Below the pieces are notes generated by a model. It worked only from the letters and a program-made list of their open reading frames with translations. It did no database searches and had not been told where the DNA came from. Of a stretch of 60,223 nucleotides of DNA, positions 28,434-36,013 are shown piece after piece; the stretch's first letter is position 1, and the number at the start of each line of letters is the position of its first letter. This DNA comes from a virus. Taxonomy: Duplodnaviria; Caudoviricetes. The stretch lies in the IMG/VR virus record IMGVR_UViG_3300027956_000009, positions 1-60,223 of that record. One strand, given 5' to 3'. The position numbers and the translations under genes are program-made.

Positions 28434-28667
28434 TTACGTGTTTTTTTCTTCCAAGTAGCGTAACCTCTTGCGTTCCAGTAGCTTCTGACGATTTGTCAAG
28501 TAGTAATTGTGCTGATAACCCTGCATTTTCTTCACTTTTTCTGGCTTCAGGGTCGCGTCAAGCTCCTTTTTACGCTTAATGGCCTCCTTGTTTTTCTCAT
28601 AGTATGTCTTTTGATATGCTTTTCGCTCATCCGCAAACCTCGCGTAGTATGATTCCTTGTCATTCAT
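28434..28667 (-). CDS. Small basic helical protein
   Basis: YYEKNKE/YYLTNRQ-type repeats; preceded by a sigma70-like promoter. Confidence 0.55.
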   Translation of the reverse strand: MNDKESYYARFADERKAYQKTYYEKNKEAIKRKKELDATLKPEKVKKMQGYQHNYYLTNRQKLLERKRLRYLEEKNT

Positions 28668-28674
28668 GTTGAAA

Positions 28675-28703
28675 AATGTGCTGCTGACTACCTGTATTGT
28701 CAA
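28675..28703 (-). promoter_or_regulatory. sigma70-like promoter heading the morphogenesis block
   Basis: TTGACA-17 bp-CACATT on the - strand. Confidence 0.45.
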
Positions 28704-28898
28704 GTAAAATTATTTTTCTCAAGGGTGTATCTATCGATACCCGTGCCGCACAAAAAACGCACACACCACCCGTAGCCTGTATCCTGAATCCTGCATCTTG
28801 TATGGGTATAGGGCACAGGATACAGGGTGCAGGGGGGTCTAGGGGGGAGGGGGCTGTGTGGGTCTATTCCCATATCTATGTAAGGGGATGGTATCCTT

Positions 28899-28920
28899 CT
28901 TATTCGGTCAACCGAATAAG
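28899..28920 (+). repeat. Palindrome copy A, CTTATTCGGTCAACCGAATAAG
   Basis: 10-bp inverted repeat within a larger imperfect hairpin (28882-28931), upstream of the first early gene. Confidence 0.85.
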
Positions 28921-28962
28921 AGCCTCCCCTTCTTAAAACAAAACATAGAAACAAAATAGAAT

Positions 28963-29310
28963 ATGAAGACAAATAAAACATACGCATCACTCCTTCCACT
29001 CATGGCTTCATGCCACAAGGCGGAGGTTACACTCATGGACGCATTGCTTGCGTTGTGGAATAAGCAGACAGACAAGAGCAAGCCAATGGAGTTCCGCAAG
29101 GGCTTCATAGAGTTCGCCGTGTCTAACAAGTATGATCGCCGTTGGGCAATGGAGATTGCGGTTGCCGCTGGCTTCCGTGCTCGTGCCGCTGGCGGTGGGC
29201 GTAAGTCAACCAAGCCTGCTAAGAACACGGCAGAAGCATTGATGGCACAAGCGAAAGCCTTGCCAGCGAAAGAGCTGAAACGCTTCATGAAGATGCTTGC
29301 CGCCCTGTAA
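28963..29310 (+). CDS. First early gene; basic Ala/Lys-rich protein
   Basis: 115 aa; A-rich leader. Confidence 0.7.
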   Translation: MKTNKTYASLLPLMASCHKAEVTLMDALLALWNKQTDKSKPMEFRKGFIEFAVSNKYDRRWAMEIAVAAGFRARAAGGGRKSTKPAKNTAEALMAQAKALPAKELKRFMKMLAAL

Positions 29311-29318
29311 CCTGTATC

Positions 29319-29340
29319 CTTATTCCGTCAACCGAATAAG
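29319..29340 (+). repeat. Palindrome copy B, CTTATTCCGTCAACCGAATAAG
   Basis: One difference from copy A; intergenic. Confidence 0.85.
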
Positions 29341-29403
29341 AACCCTGCATCCTGTAAGTCCAACCCTTACAGGCTACAGGAATCAATCTACCTACATACG
29401 AAA

Positions 29404-29520
29404 ATGATTAAGCTACAACTACCACCTGAACCGCCTACATGGTTAGGCGTTATCCTGTCCGCTCTCTTCGGACTGCTATCCATCCTCGCCATCGTGGCGT
29501 TGCACAACCTCACAAGGTGA
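29404..29520 (+). CDS. Small single-TM protein (38 aa)
   Basis: Manual translation MIKLQLPPEPPTWLGVILSALFGLLSILAIVALHNLTR. Confidence 0.55.
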   Translation: MIKLQLPPEPPTWLGVILSALFGLLSILAIVALHNLTR

Positions 29521-29580
29521 TTCGCTGTCTGCTCTTATTCGGTTAGCTGAATAAGAGTAGCAAGCGGTTCATAACCCGCA
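29517..29580 (+). repeat. 64-bp direct repeat containing palindrome copy C
   Basis: Identical to 30136..30199 except one base; core CTTATTCGGTTAGCTGAATAAG. Confidence 0.9.
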
Positions 29581-29589
29581 TCAATACAA

Positions 29590-29829
29590 ATGAAAACAAG
29601 AAGAACACAAGAACACGCGCAATTCTTTGCGCTCATGGAGAAGCCCAAACCAATCGCAAAGTCAAAGCCGAAAGGTATAAAGGACATGGGTTGGGTGAAC
29701 GGATGCTGGCAAGCGATTGCCGTCAACCATCAGAAAGACACAGTTGCGGTGAGCACGCCTCGCCATACGACGTTCGGCGTCTCCGTTGCAGACGCCATCG
29801 CCATCGCCAACATGGAGGTGCTGCCATGA
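29590..29829 (+). CDS. Early hypothetical protein
   Basis: 79 aa, starts 10 bp after the repeat. Confidence 0.6.
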   Translation: MKTRRTQEHAQFFALMEKPKPIAKSKPKGIKDMGWVNGCWQAIAVNHQKDTVAVSTPRHTTFGVSVADAIAIANMEVLP

Positions 29830-30014
29830 ACATTGACGCAACCACCAACACGGCATCAGTTGACGCCGCCCTCGCATACCTTGCATTGAAAGGTGCGCTC
29901 AAGAAGCTGGAGACTCCAACGCCTGTCCTGTATCGGGACGTCGTGATGTGGAGGAAGGTAGAGAAACCAACGAAGTCGTATGATCTCCCACCATTAACAG
30001 TGACTAGACTATGA
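29826..30014 (+). CDS. Early hypothetical protein
   Basis: ATGA-coupled start at 29826 (MNIDATTNT...). Confidence 0.55.
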   Translation: MNIDATTNTASVDAALAYLALKGALKKLETPTPVLYRDVVMWRKVEKPTKSYDLPPLTVTRL

Positions 30015-30139
30015 ACGCAATCGCCCTCGCCCTCGTTGTGGGTGGGTCGTTCCTGATCGCCCTCTATGTCTTCGGGCTTATACTCGAAGGAATCATCTAT
30101 GTCATCGAGGCATGGAATAACTCAACCAGAGACAAGTGA
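30011..30139 (+). CDS. Small single-TM protein (42 aa)
   Basis: Manual translation MNAIALALVVGGSFLIALYVFGLILEGIIYVIEAWNNSTRDK. Confidence 0.55.
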   Translation: MNAIALALVVGGSFLIALYVFGLILEGIIYVIEAWNNSTRDK

Positions 30140-30199
30140 TTCGCTGTCTGCTCTTATTCGGTTAGCTGAATAAGAGCAGCAAGCGGTTCATAACCCGCA
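30136..30199 (+). repeat. 64-bp direct repeat containing palindrome copy D
   Basis: Partner of 29517..29580. Confidence 0.9.
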
Positions 30200-30210
30200 C
30201 TAATAGAAAC

Positions 30211-31479
30211 ATGAATACAAATACAAATACAAATACAAATGACAATGTGTTCGCCCTCATTCTTGAGGAAGCGAGAAACCCACGCCTCACCCTAACCTAT
30301 GAAGACCCCGTCATCACGATAGACGGGACAACGGCGGAACAGACAGATTGCACCCGTGTAGGGAGCAGCATTGTATACGACACGTGGGAATACTACACGG
30401 ATGAGCAGCTGGAGGAAGCACAGAATGACTGTAGTGTCCTTTGGGTAGAGACACGTAATGAATACTACCATGCATCGCTGTGCCGGTATTGCGAGGATGG
30501 GGAGTATCACGCTAACGTAGACACTATCTACATCCACGGATACGGTCACCTCCATCACGAGGACGAGTCGATCCGCACGGATGGTAATGGCACAGACTTC
30601 ATCGAAGGTGATGACGACTATGTGTATTGTGAAGATGATGGCCACTACTGGCACCGCGATGAGTGCCACTTCTGTGGTGGATGTAGGGAATGGAGGCATG
30701 AGGAGGAAGACGAGTGCGAACTCTGCAACCCAACGCCAAACAAGGAGTCAATATGCAGATACCACGACTCGCCGGATGAGGTGAAGTATCGTGGGTTATC
30801 TCCATTCCTAATCGGGTTTGAGATTGAGAAGACTAATATCTTCGGCTACTGTAGTGAAGGTGATGAGATCGGGGGGTTTGATCTCATCGCTGGATGGGAA
30901 CTTGACGGCTCATGCGGAGTCGAAGGCGTTACAAACTGTTACGACTTGCTTGACCCCAGCATCATGGCAATGTTCAAGCGGCACGTGAATGAGGCGGAAG
31001 ACGTCCTTGCCGAGCCTTGCGACAGTAGTTGCGGTGGACACATCAACATCAGTTGGCAGAGCAAAACACCTCGCGAAACACTCGCCGCTTTCAGAGTGTA
31101 TGCCCCTCTGTGGTATGCACTCTTCCGTAAGCGGCTCAACAATACCTATTGCCGAGAGGACAAGAAGATTGAGGATAGGGGAGTCAAGTATAGTCCCGTG
31201 CGATGCAAGTCGTTCGGAATTGAATTGCGTTTACCTAGCCGCGTCCTTAATGCTAAGCATCTACTCCGCCGTGCCTATTTGATTACCATCACTTGCCGTG
31301 CTATGGAGGAGTGCTGGACTTTCAACCGCTTCATCCGCGAGAGCCGCAGCATCCTACTCAAGGAAGCATACAACGGCGACCGCAAGCGCTACGCCAAGGC
31401 GTTGCGACTGGCTCGCCACTTCCGCATCTGGATGCTGGATGGAATCGTTCATCCTGACATCAACGAATACACCCGATAG
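30211..31479 (+). CDS. Putative amidoligase (glutamine synthetase-like COOH-NH2 ligase) with a Cys/His-rich acidic N-terminus
   Basis: IGFEIE, DGS..GVE, SCGGHIN, KY and IELR motifs; adjacent to a GATase/GGCT gene. Confidence 0.75.
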   Translation: MNTNTNTNTNDNVFALILEEARNPRLTLTYEDPVITIDGTTAEQTDCTRVGSSIVYDTWEYYTDEQLEEAQNDCSVLWVETRNEYYHASLCRYCEDGEYHANVDTIYIHGYGHLHHEDESIRTDGNGTDFIEGDDDYVYCEDDGHYWHRDECHFCGGCREWRHEEEDECELCNPTPNKESICRYHDSPDEVKYRGLSPFLIGFEIEKTNIFGYCSEGDEIGGFDLIAGWELDGSCGVEGVTNCYDLLDPSIMAMFKRHVNEAEDVLAEPCDSSCGGHINISWQSKTPRETLAAFRVYAPLWYALFRKRLNNTYCREDKKIEDRGVKYSPVRCKSFGIELRLPSRVLNAKHLLRRAYLITITCRAMEECWTFNRFIRESRSILLKEAYNGDRKRYAKALRLARHFRIWMLDGIVHPDINEYTR

Positions 31480-31512
31480 TCTAACCTAAAACAATACAAA
31501 ACAAATAATACT

Positions 31513-32649
31513 ATGTGCTTAATCATACACAACCCGCTGTGCCGTGAAGTCTCCGACGAGATCATCGACAACGCCCTATACCAGAACCAAGACGGCTTCG
31601 GCATCTTCTACCATGACACTGGAGAGATCGTCCGCACCATGTCCGAGCGACGGGTATGGGACATAATGACCAACATCGACCGAGGCTACACGTGCCACTT
31701 CCGCTACTCGACTAGCGGCAAGGTCGGTAAGAAGCAGTGCCATCCATTCCACATTGACGAAACCTATTCGCTGATGATGAACGGCACGATCGAACGCCTC
31801 GTATCCTCCAAGTCGGTGGACACGCAGGAACTATGCAAGATACTCAAGGGACTGGACGAGGAACGCATCCTCTCCATCCTCCGCACCTACCCATGTCGCT
31901 TCTCACTACTCAATCGCAAGAGTGGTCAGGCTATCATGGTAAACCGCGACCTTTGGGTAGAGCACAAGGGCGTGCACTTCAGTAAGGGTAATGCACTACC
32001 CCAACCATCTAAGGTAGTGCGTGGGTTCTCGTCATACATCCCAGCTAAGGTATCACCTAAGCCGACAACTGTTAACCCTTGGCGTAGCTATTCACCCCCT
32101 ACAAAGCACGACTGGTCGGGCGTAGACGAACTGACCGAGTCGTGGAATGATCCGTGGGGTAACGGTAACGCCGACCCCTTCGACGGTAGTGGCATACCTG
32201 TTCAAGACTACGGGTCAGAGTGGGATGATTACTACGCCGAAATGGAGGAGGAGTATTTAGACGAGATGCCGACAGGCGATGACCATGTGGTCGCTGTCTA
32301 CGGTACACTCAAGAGTGGGCACGGCAATCACGACAGACTGATGAACAAAGCCAAGTTCTTAGGGACAGGCGAGACCTTCACGAAGTATCCGATGGTTGTA
32401 TCCGGTATCCCGTATCTGATTGATCGTGCTGGCAAGGGGCATCATGTCAAGGTAGAGGTCTATCGGGTGACGTCGAAGGAACTACGTGACCTTGACGGAC
32501 TGGAAGGACATCCCGATTGGTATGTTCGCACCGCCCTCACCATCAAGATGGATAAGGGATCAACACTCACCGCTTGGGTCTACACCATTCCTGATGAGCG
32601 TAGCTACACCCACATGGACGACACTGGAGTCTATCAAGATGAGTTTTAA
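31513..32649 (+). CDS. Class II glutamine amidotransferase fused to a gamma-glutamylcyclotransferase (AIG2-like) domain
   Basis: N-terminal MC, NQDGFG, HFRYST, HPF, NG; C-terminal VAVYGTLK, EVY, LDGLEGHPDWY, AWVY. Confidence 0.85.
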   Translation: MCLIIHNPLCREVSDEIIDNALYQNQDGFGIFYHDTGEIVRTMSERRVWDIMTNIDRGYTCHFRYSTSGKVGKKQCHPFHIDETYSLMMNGTIERLVSSKSVDTQELCKILKGLDEERILSILRTYPCRFSLLNRKSGQAIMVNRDLWVEHKGVHFSKGNALPQPSKVVRGFSSYIPAKVSPKPTTVNPWRSYSPPTKHDWSGVDELTESWNDPWGNGNADPFDGSGIPVQDYGSEWDDYYAEMEEEYLDEMPTGDDHVVAVYGTLKSGHGNHDRLMNKAKFLGTGETFTKYPMVVSGIPYLIDRAGKGHHVKVEVYRVTSKELRDLDGLEGHPDWYVRTALTIKMDKGSTLTAWVYTIPDERSYTHMDDTGVYQDEF

Positions 32650-32678
32650 CCTGAACCCTGAACCCTGAACCCTGAACA
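32648..32678 (+). repeat. (CCTGAAC)n heptamer array, copy 1
   Basis: aacctgaaccctgaaccctgaaccctgaaca between a stop codon and the next ATG. Confidence 0.9.
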
Positions 32679-33088
32679 TGAAAGCAATACTGAGAAGCTA
32701 CCATAACGAAACCAGCCACACCGATAAGGTCGTAGACATCCATGACGACCACGACTTCGGCGGTGGGCCATACCAAGACACCGTGCCGTTCGCGGTGGGC
32801 AGCAACCAAAGCATCCTCGATAGCGAGGATGCTTTCCACCGCCTGAAAGCTCACCCGCTCCACGATAGCTCTGCCACTGGCGGAGCCATCCGATTCATCC
32901 ACTCCGACGGCGAGGTCCATGAGTTTTACTCATGGGTCAACCGCATGACGGGCAGCCGCATGAGTGGATTTGACAACGACCCGCCGACGGTCGGGGACTC
33001 GCTCAAGTGGGCCCGCTCCGTCGCGCGGGACATCACCGCCCGCCGCACCGTCCTTGATCGGATCGGAAACCTGAACCCTGAACCCTGA
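32678..33088 (+). CDS. Hypothetical protein bracketed by identical heptamer arrays
   Basis: 136 aa; its stop codon is supplied by the repeat. Confidence 0.6.
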   Translation: MKAILRSYHNETSHTDKVVDIHDDHDFGGGPYQDTVPFAVGSNQSILDSEDAFHRLKAHPLHDSSATGGAIRFIHSDGEVHEFYSWVNRMTGSRMSGFDNDPPTVGDSLKWARSVARDITARRTVLDRIGNLNPEP

Positions 33089-33098
33089 ACCCTGAACA
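33068..33098 (+). repeat. (CCTGAAC)n heptamer array, copy 2
   Basis: Perfect 31-bp match to 32648..32678. Confidence 0.9.
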
Positions 33099-33100
33099 CC

Positions 33101-33295
33101 ATGAGACCAATAACATTTGAGGGAAACGTAAAGTTATTCCCAAAGAAACTTGTCGGATACAAATCATTTGAAGAGATCGCGAGGCTCAAAGGATTCTGGA
33201 ATGTCCACAAAACTACTGTCCCCGACACTCACGTTGTCGAGACCGATGGCATTTTGTGGAGTATCCGCCGCAAAGAAGAGCCTGACCAAGCCTGA
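33101..33295 (+). CDS. Early hypothetical protein
   Basis: 64 aa; ends in a third, degenerate heptamer array. Confidence 0.55.
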   Translation: MRPITFEGNVKLFPKKLVGYKSFEEIARLKGFWNVHKTTVPDTHVVETDGILWSIRRKEEPDQA

Positions 33296-33375
33296 ACCCT
33301 GAAGCCTGTATCCTGCACGATGGATACTGCGTAGCTTACCGCATGGTTGGAGCACAACACTAAACAAATAAACAT

Positions 33376-33558
33376 ATGACAACAATCATAATACCTGAAC
33401 ACATCCGTGAGGCACTGGACAAGAGTCCTAATGCCTCCCCTCATAACAACATCATCGTGTGCAAGCTGAATGAAAAACTCTATTCCGCACGGTGGAATCT
33501 ACAACCCCATGTAATGGAACTCGACCAGTTATGGGGAACCAACACAACTGAACCATGA
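33376..33558 (+). CDS. Early hypothetical protein
   Basis: 60 aa; A-rich leader; ATGA coupling to the next gene. Confidence 0.55.
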   Translation: MTTIIIPEHIREALDKSPNASPHNNIIVCKLNEKLYSARWNLQPHVMELDQLWGTNTTEP

Positions 33559-33761
33559 AAAGAAAATACAAGTGGAACGAAGACCGAAACCTTCACTCCG
33601 AGAACCTACTACTCTTAGCTAACGCCTTCGGGACAGACGAAGAGAAGCATGAAGCTGCGCGACAAGCAGCGTCTAAGAGAGACATCGACGCTGTGAACTA
33701 TCAGATGCCTGCACATGTCGCCGAATCTATTAACAACTATTACCACACACACCTACAATGA
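33555..33761 (+). CDS. Early hypothetical protein
   Basis: 68 aa; coupled on both sides. Confidence 0.55.
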   Translation: MKRKYKWNEDRNLHSENLLLLANAFGTDEEKHEAARQAASKRDIDAVNYQMPAHVAESINNYYHTHLQ

Positions 33762-33877
33762 AACTATTCGACAACATCATCATCGTCCTTACATACACAC
33801 TACCTGCCGCATTCATGCTGTGGCTTACTATCCAACTCGCCGTCCGGCTGACCAAAGGCTTCACAGAAAATAATTGA
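33758..33877 (+). CDS. Small single-TM protein (39 aa)
   Basis: Manual translation MKLFDNIIIVLTYTLPAAFMLWLTIQLAVRLTKGFTENN. Confidence 0.5.
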   Translation: MKLFDNIIIVLTYTLPAAFMLWLTIQLAVRLTKGFTENN

Positions 33878-33886
33878 GAATCCTTA

Positions 33887-33915
33887 TTGACCTCTTCAGG
33901 AAACTGAATTACAAC
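33887..33915 (+). promoter_or_regulatory. sigma70-like promoter for the AAA-VWA operon
   Basis: TTGACC-17 bp-TACAAC. Confidence 0.5.
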
Positions 33916-33984
33916 ACGATCGCAACGCCGACTGCGACAGCACAAATGGTCGGCAACAAAATAAAAAGAACACAAATAAATAGT

Positions 33985-35076
33985 ATGACAACCAACACAA
34001 GTAACTCCATCAACCCGACGAAACCATCTGAACTCCGTGACATCGCGGAGATCGCGGCGGCAACCGATCGGTTCCTCTTCATCGTGGGATCGGGCGGCGC
34101 TGGCAAGACCAGCATCGTCACCAAAGTCCTTGCCCCGCAGATGGGGCGCAAGGTATGGGAAGTTAACCTCAACGGGCAAGGACCACAAGAGGTGATCGGC
34201 TACGGCAAACCCAACGGCGACGACATGTCGTTCTACGCCCCTGACATCTGGCCAACTCAAGCACGAGTCGGCGACGAGCCGACGCTGCTATTCCTCGACG
34301 AGTGCAATGACTACGATCCTGCTGTCCGTGCCCTGCTCCGTTCCCTGTACCCTGCATCCGGTGACCGGAAGGTGGGGCCGCACAAGCTAGGCTCGAATGT
34401 CTTCGTGGTCTGCGCGTCCAACCGCAGACAGGACGGCACGCGCTCCGCCGTGGAGGACGCCCCATTCACCGAGCGTTGCGTCAAGGTAACGCTTGAGCCC
34501 AACGTTGCTGACTGGCTTGACTGGTACGACAGCCAGCCGAGACTAGCGGCAAGCGGTTCGCATGTGCCAGCGTTCCTCCGCTTCGGCACGACCAGCGGTG
34601 ACGGGCTCGATCACTTCAACCCGCCTGTCGTTATGCCCTACGATGGTGTGCCCCATCCGTGCCCTCGCACATGGGAGGCAGTGGCGTTGGCGCATCCGTT
34701 CCGCGATACCAAACCAGAAGCGTTCCGCAAGTTCGTTCGCGGTAGTGTCGGGGATCGTGCAGCTAGCACCTACTTCGCATTCCTCCAGCATGTGGACAAG
34801 CTGCCCGACATCGCCACACTCAAGGCTAACCCTGACCAGTTCGTTGTGCCGGAAGATCCCGCCGTGCAGTTCGCCCTCGTCTCAGCTTGCCTTGCCACCG
34901 CTACCCGTGGGGTCAAGGACATCGCCATCGCCGTGCACAGTGGCGGGTTCGACTGGCTCGTGTCCCTCCTGCTGCGTTGCCGTGGTGACATCCGTGAGTT
35001 CGGTGCTCGCTCCGCCACCCGCAGAGGTATCCCGCTCGACGAGCATCCGAAAAGCCGTGACCTCATTCTCGCATAA
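33985..35076 (+). CDS. MoxR/dynein-related AAA+ ATPase
   Basis: Walker A GSGGAGKT, Walker B LLFLDE, sensor ASNR, PCPRTWE; ATG at 33985 after an A-rich leader. Confidence 0.85.
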   Translation: MTTNTSNSINPTKPSELRDIAEIAAATDRFLFIVGSGGAGKTSIVTKVLAPQMGRKVWEVNLNGQGPQEVIGYGKPNGDDMSFYAPDIWPTQARVGDEPTLLFLDECNDYDPAVRALLRSLYPASGDRKVGPHKLGSNVFVVCASNRRQDGTRSAVEDAPFTERCVKVTLEPNVADWLDWYDSQPRLAASGSHVPAFLRFGTTSGDGLDHFNPPVVMPYDGVPHPCPRTWEAVALAHPFRDTKPEAFRKFVRGSVGDRAASTYFAFLQHVDKLPDIATLKANPDQFVVPEDPAVQFALVSACLATATRGVKDIAIAVHSGGFDWLVSLLLRCRGDIREFGARSATRRGIPLDEHPKSRDLILA

Positions 35077-35105
35077 CAAACAACAAACAATAGAAATAAA
35101 ATAAG

Positions 35106-35990
35106 ATGACAACACAAAATAATAACACAATGCAACTCAAGACATTCCAATCCATCGTGCTGTGCCACTTCAGCACAACAGCACCAGCAACCAACGCACT
35201 CAATCGCAGTGCATCAGCAAGGGCGGTGTCCGCTGCCGGAGCTGACCGCAATGCGGCTCGTGTATACAACACGATCCTCACGGCGCGGGGCACAGCAGTC
35301 GGTCGTGCCATCAGCCTACAGCAACAGACAGGCGTAGCCATACGCCGTTGCGGTTCGCTCTGCCCGACCGGAGGTATCTACCTACGCATCAAGGATGTGA
35401 CTGAAGTTCAGAACATCTTCGACGATGCACAAGCGGAGCTCGATACAATCCGTGAGGACATCCTTGCAACCTATCCTGACCTACTCGCCTCATTGAACGC
35501 ACGGCTCGGTTCGTTCGCCACCGAGGTGCAGATCCCCACTGCCACCGAGGTAGCGAGCAAGTTCACCATGAGCATGACCGTTATCAACCAGCCCGTTGCA
35601 GTTGACGGAGCCGTGCTTATTGGGCTCACCGAAGAGGTAGCCAACCGCGTGCGTGCTGACTCGCAGCGGCAAGTGACAGAGATGCTGCGTGCCTCACATG
35701 CTGGTCCGATCAACGACCTCAAGGCAGTGATCGCGGAGTTCTCCGATCGCTTACGCAACGCCGACCGCTTACACCTCTCGCAGTTCGACAAGCTGCGCGA
35801 CGAAGCACGGCGTGTGCAGAAGCTGAACTTCCTAGAGCTGCCGGAGATTGAAGAGGTGGTGCTTGCCATCGCTGACGTAGCCCGCATACCCGATGGCAAC
35901 CTGACGCAAGACGATCGGGTTCGCATTGCCCAGAAGGCAGAGGCCGCATCGGTCAAAGCCGACGAGACGCTCGCCGCATTGGGGCTATAA
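35106..35990 (+). CDS. Helical hypothetical protein between the AAA and VWA genes (possibly DUF3150-like)
   Basis: 294 aa; operonic position; family call tentative. Confidence 0.5.
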   Translation: MTTQNNNTMQLKTFQSIVLCHFSTTAPATNALNRSASARAVSAAGADRNAARVYNTILTARGTAVGRAISLQQQTGVAIRRCGSLCPTGGIYLRIKDVTEVQNIFDDAQAELDTIREDILATYPDLLASLNARLGSFATEVQIPTATEVASKFTMSMTVINQPVAVDGAVLIGLTEEVANRVRADSQRQVTEMLRASHAGPINDLKAVIAEFSDRLRNADRLHLSQFDKLRDEARRVQKLNFLELPEIEEVVLAIADVARIPDGNLTQDDRVRIAQKAEAASVKADETLAALGL

Positions 35991-36013
35991 CCCACAACAC
36001 AAATAAGAATACA

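Noticed and set aside
28899-30199. Repeated palindromes as a CRISPR array or integron attC sites
   Set aside because: Spacing is irregular (about 200-620 bp) and filled by whole genes; no cas genes, no tyrosine recombinase, no attC GTTRRRY cores recognised
30214-30240. (AATACA)n microsatellite at the amidoligase start as a phase-variation switch
   Set aside because: A 6-bp unit preserves the frame; it only changes an NT-repeat tail
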